A stretch of DNA of 36,927 nt, counting the filler, from Deltaproteobacteria bacterium (GTDB taxonomy: Bacteria; JAUYMQ01): assembly GCA_030698575.1 (NCBI GenBank). It is 7 parts of 7 records of this genome, joined end to end, with 100 filler letters (N's around TTAATTAATTAA, not from the genome) between each part and the next. Parts side by side here need not be neighbours in the genome. Positions count along the whole stretch, not along the records: positions 32,621 to 36,927 come from JAUYMQ010000040.1; 6 more parts are not named here. One strand, 5' to 3'. The notes below the pieces were generated by a model. The model was not told where the DNA came from, made no database searches, and was given only the letters and a program-made list of their open reading frames with translations. The translations under genes and the position numbers were made by a program. Positions 34,387 to 36,927 of the stretch are shown one piece after another. Positions within the stretch are counted from its first letter, which is position 1; the number at the start of each line of letters is the position of its first letter.

Positions 34387-36375
34387 ATGATACTCATCGA
34401 GGTCATCGTCCTCCTGGCCGTCGCGACGGCCGGGCTGCTCGCCGGCCGGTGGCTCCGCCTGCCACCGATCGTGGCCTATCTCCTGGCCGGGCTGCTCGCC
34501 GGGCCGGGGGGCTTCGGGCTGGTCTCGCCCTCCGAGGCCACTGAAAATCTCGCCGAGATCGGCGTTGCGCTCCTGCTCTTCGGGGTCGGCATCGAGTTCT
34601 CCCTCGATCGCATCCGCCGCATCCTGATGCGAATGCTCACCACCGGCCTGCTGCAGGTCGGCGTTACTATCGCCCTGGCAACCGCCATTTTTCACCGCTT
34701 CGACTACGACTGGCCCAGCGCTGTCTTCGCGGGCTTCGTTCTCTCGCTCTCCAGCACCGCGATCGTCTTCAAGATCTACGGCCAGGAAGGGACCCTCGAC
34801 GCGCCCCAGGGGCAGGCCGCCGCGGCCATCCTGCTGTTCCAGGATCTCGCGCTGGTCCCGATGATGCTCCTCATTCCCGTGCTCGCCGGACCGCCCTCGA
34901 ACGCGGCGGTCGCGGCCACGGGCGCGCTCATCAAGGCCGCGGTCGCCGTGGGCGGCCTCATCCTGCTGGCGCGCACTTTGCTCCCGAAGGGGCTGGCGCT
35001 CGTCGCGCGGGCCGGAATCCCCGAGATCTTCCCGATCATCTCGCTGGTGATCGCTTTCGGCACCGCCCTGGGCGCGTCGGCCCTCGGCCTCTCTCTGCCC
35101 ATCGGGGCGTTCCTGGCCGGTCTCGCGCTTTCGGGCAGCGTCTACGCGCACCAGGTGTTCGCCGAGATCCTCCCGCTCCGCGACGCCTTCGTGGCAATCT
35201 TCTTTACGAGCATCGGGATGCTGTTCGAGCCGGCGATCGTCGCCGCCGCGCCCATGCTCATGGCGGGCATGATCGCCGTGGTGGCGATCAAGGGCGCGCT
35301 CATCGGGGCCATAGTCGGAACCCTCTGGCGGTCGAGGCGGCTGGCGATCGTGAGCGGCCTCGGCCTGGCGCAGATCGGCGAGTTCTCTCTCGTTCTCGCC
35401 CAGCAGGGCCTCGACGCCGGAATCATCGACGCGAGCTTCAGCCAGGCGCTCCTCGGCGCCGCCATTCTCACGATGGGCGCCACACCGTTTCTCATGCGCG
35501 CGGGCACGCGGCTTTCGCGAATCGATTCTGCAAGCGTGGAGAGCACTGCAACGCGACAGATGCGCCAACACGTCGTGATGGTTGGATATGGAACCACCGG
35601 CAAGGCGGTGGCTCGCGTGCTTCGGGAGACGGGAATTGCATTCTGTGGCGTCGACCTGAACGCCGACAGCGTGGCCGAAGCCCGGCGAGAGAACCTGCCG
35701 ATCCAGTTCGGCGACGCCACGCGGCGTGCCGTGCTCGAGAACCTCGGCGTGCCCTCGGCCCGCGCTGCGGTCGTCGCGGTCTCCGATCCGGTCGCGACCC
35801 GCCTCATAGTCGGCCTCATCCGGCAGATGAACGGCGACCTCCGGCTCATCGTGCGCGCGCGCTACGTGTCCGAGATCATCGAGCTGGAGCGGCTGGGCGC
35901 CGACGAGGCCATCCCGTCGGAATTCGAGACATCCATCGAGATCTTTGCGCGGCTGCTCGCGCACCTGGGCGTCCCCCGGCACCTCATCCGGGTTCAGGAA
36001 TCGATCATCCGCGTCGGCCACTACCAGGCGCTGCGGGGCATCGGACTGTCGACGGAGTTCATGGAGGAAACCCGGCGCATCATCGCGGGTGGAATCCTCG
36101 AGACCGCCCAGGTGATCGAGGGAAGCGAGGCCTGCGGCAAGACCATCCGGGAGCTGGAGTTCCGAAAACGCACGGGCGCGACCGTGCTGAACGTGGTCCG
36201 CGACGAGAACCCCCTTCCCGAGGTCACGCCTGATACGCAGCTCGAGGCGGGCGATCAGCTTGTGCTCTACGGCCCGCACGAGGCGATTGACGCGGCCTTC
36301 CGCATCATCGAGCCTACGGTGTACAAAGGCAGCGGATACGCCGCTGAAGGACCTGAAGAGGGAGGCAAACCGTGA
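34387..36375 (+). CDS. CPA2 cation:proton antiporter (Kef-like) with TrkA-N and TrkA-C domains
   Basis: AEIGVALLLFGVGIEF, LSSTAIV, FQDL, GAFLAG, QIGEF, VGYGTTG, FGDA, RCK-C tail. Confidence 0.92.
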   Translation: MILIEVIVLLAVATAGLLAGRWLRLPPIVAYLLAGLLAGPGGFGLVSPSEATENLAEIGVALLLFGVGIEFSLDRIRRILMRMLTTGLLQVGVTIALATAIFHRFDYDWPSAVFAGFVLSLSSTAIVFKIYGQEGTLDAPQGQAAAAILLFQDLALVPMMLLIPVLAGPPSNAAVAATGALIKAAVAVGGLILLARTLLPKGLALVARAGIPEIFPIISLVIAFGTALGASALGLSLPIGAFLAGLALSGSVYAHQVFAEILPLRDAFVAIFFTSIGMLFEPAIVAAAPMLMAGMIAVVAIKGALIGAIVGTLWRSRRLAIVSGLGLAQIGEFSLVLAQQGLDAGIIDASFSQALLGAAILTMGATPFLMRAGTRLSRIDSASVESTATRQMRQHVVMVGYGTTGKAVARVLRETGIAFCGVDLNADSVAEARRENLPIQFGDATRRAVLENLGVPSARAAVVAVSDPVATRLIVGLIRQMNGDLRLIVRARYVSEIIELERLGADEAIPSEFETSIEIFARLLAHLGVPRHLIRVQESIIRVGHYQALRGIGLSTEFMEETRRIIAGGILETAQVIEGSEACGKTIRELEFRKRTGATVLNVVRDENPLPEVTPDTQLEAGDQLVLYGPHEAIDAAFRIIEPTVYKGSGYAAEGPEEGGKP

Positions 36376-36927
36376 GTGACCCCGTTCTGTACGAGCGCCT
36401 GGGCGCGGCGGCGGTCGTGCGCCTGAACCGCCCCGATCGGCGGAACGCCGTGGACGGCCCGACGGCCGAGGCGCTGCATCGTGCCTTCAGCCGTTTCGTG
36501 GAGGACTCCGGCGCGCGGGTCATGGTGCTTACCGGCAACGAGCGGGCGTTCTGCGCGGGCGCCGATCTGAAGTCGATCGAAACGCTCGAGAACCGCGAGT
36601 CGGGCCCGCTCGGCTTCACGCGCCTGTTCTCGCCGAAGCCGACCATCGCCGCTGTTTCGGGCTATGCGGTGGCCGGCGGGCTCGAGCTGGCGCTCTGGTG
36701 CGACCTGCGCGTGTGCGACGAGACGGCGACCTTCGGCTGCTTCGAGCGCCGCTGGGGCGTGCCGCTGGTCGATGGGGGCACGCAGCGTCTCCCGCGCATC
36801 GTCGGGCTCGGGCGGGCGCTCGAGATGATCCTGCTGGGCCGCGCCGTCTCCGCCGAGGAAGCGCTCAACTGGGGCCTCGCCAACGCGGTTGTGCCCGGGG
36901 GAAAGGCGCTTGAAAAAGCGCTCGCCT
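36372..36927 (+). CDS. Enoyl-CoA hydratase/crotonase family (3' end runs off the window)
   Basis: Translated by hand from GTG 36372: LNRPDRRNAVD, AFCAGADLK, KPTIAAVSGYAVAGGLELALWCD, GVPLVDGGTQRLPR. Confidence 0.92.
   Translation, partial: MSDPVLYERLGAAAVVRLNRPDRRNAVDGPTAEALHRAFSRFVEDSGARVMVLTGNERAFCAGADLKSIETLENRESGPLGFTRLFSPKPTIAAVSGYAVAGGLELALWCDLRVCDETATFGCFERRWGVPLVDGGTQRLPRIVGLGRALEMILLGRAVSAEEALNWGLANAVVPGGKALEKALA

Overview
The window is seven unrelated GC-rich bacterial contigs joined by artificial 100-nt linkers (N-run, TTAATTAATTAA, N-run), so gene neighbourhoods only count within a contig. Contig 1 (1-3232): efflux adaptor, SDR and ABC-2 permeases. Contig 2 (3333-6271): a copper operon of multicopper oxidase, SCO, a TlpA-like redoxin, a SHOCT protein and a CcdA-like protein; the redoxin has an in-frame UGA at its active site and a SECIS-like hairpin, so it is a probable selenoprotein. 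Contig 3 (6372-13007): radical SAM, SGNH hydrolase, class III cyclase-AAA-TPR and two paralogous secreted proteins. Contig 4 (13108-19475) is the most unusual: a >2000-aa phage-type polyvalent protein (GHKL ATPase, zincin HExxH, ParB-like, HTH). It carries three small overprinted genes, all in its +1 frame and each with a strong Shine-Dalgarno; one has its own promoter and terminator. The giant ORF runs in frame into a host-type def(-fmt) locus. Contig 5 (19576-25470): dnaE start, nitroreductase, K+ channel, dodecin, ppk1, ppx. Contig 6 (25571-32520): glycosyltransferases and a ccr / 2x MaoC / Mcl-like lyase / CoA-ligase operon resembling the ethylmalonyl-CoA pathway. Contig 7 (32621-36927): rhodanese, an internally deleted quinone oxidoreductase remnant, a CPA2 antiporter and an enoyl-CoA hydratase. 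All calls come from reading motifs by eye; no database searches were run.
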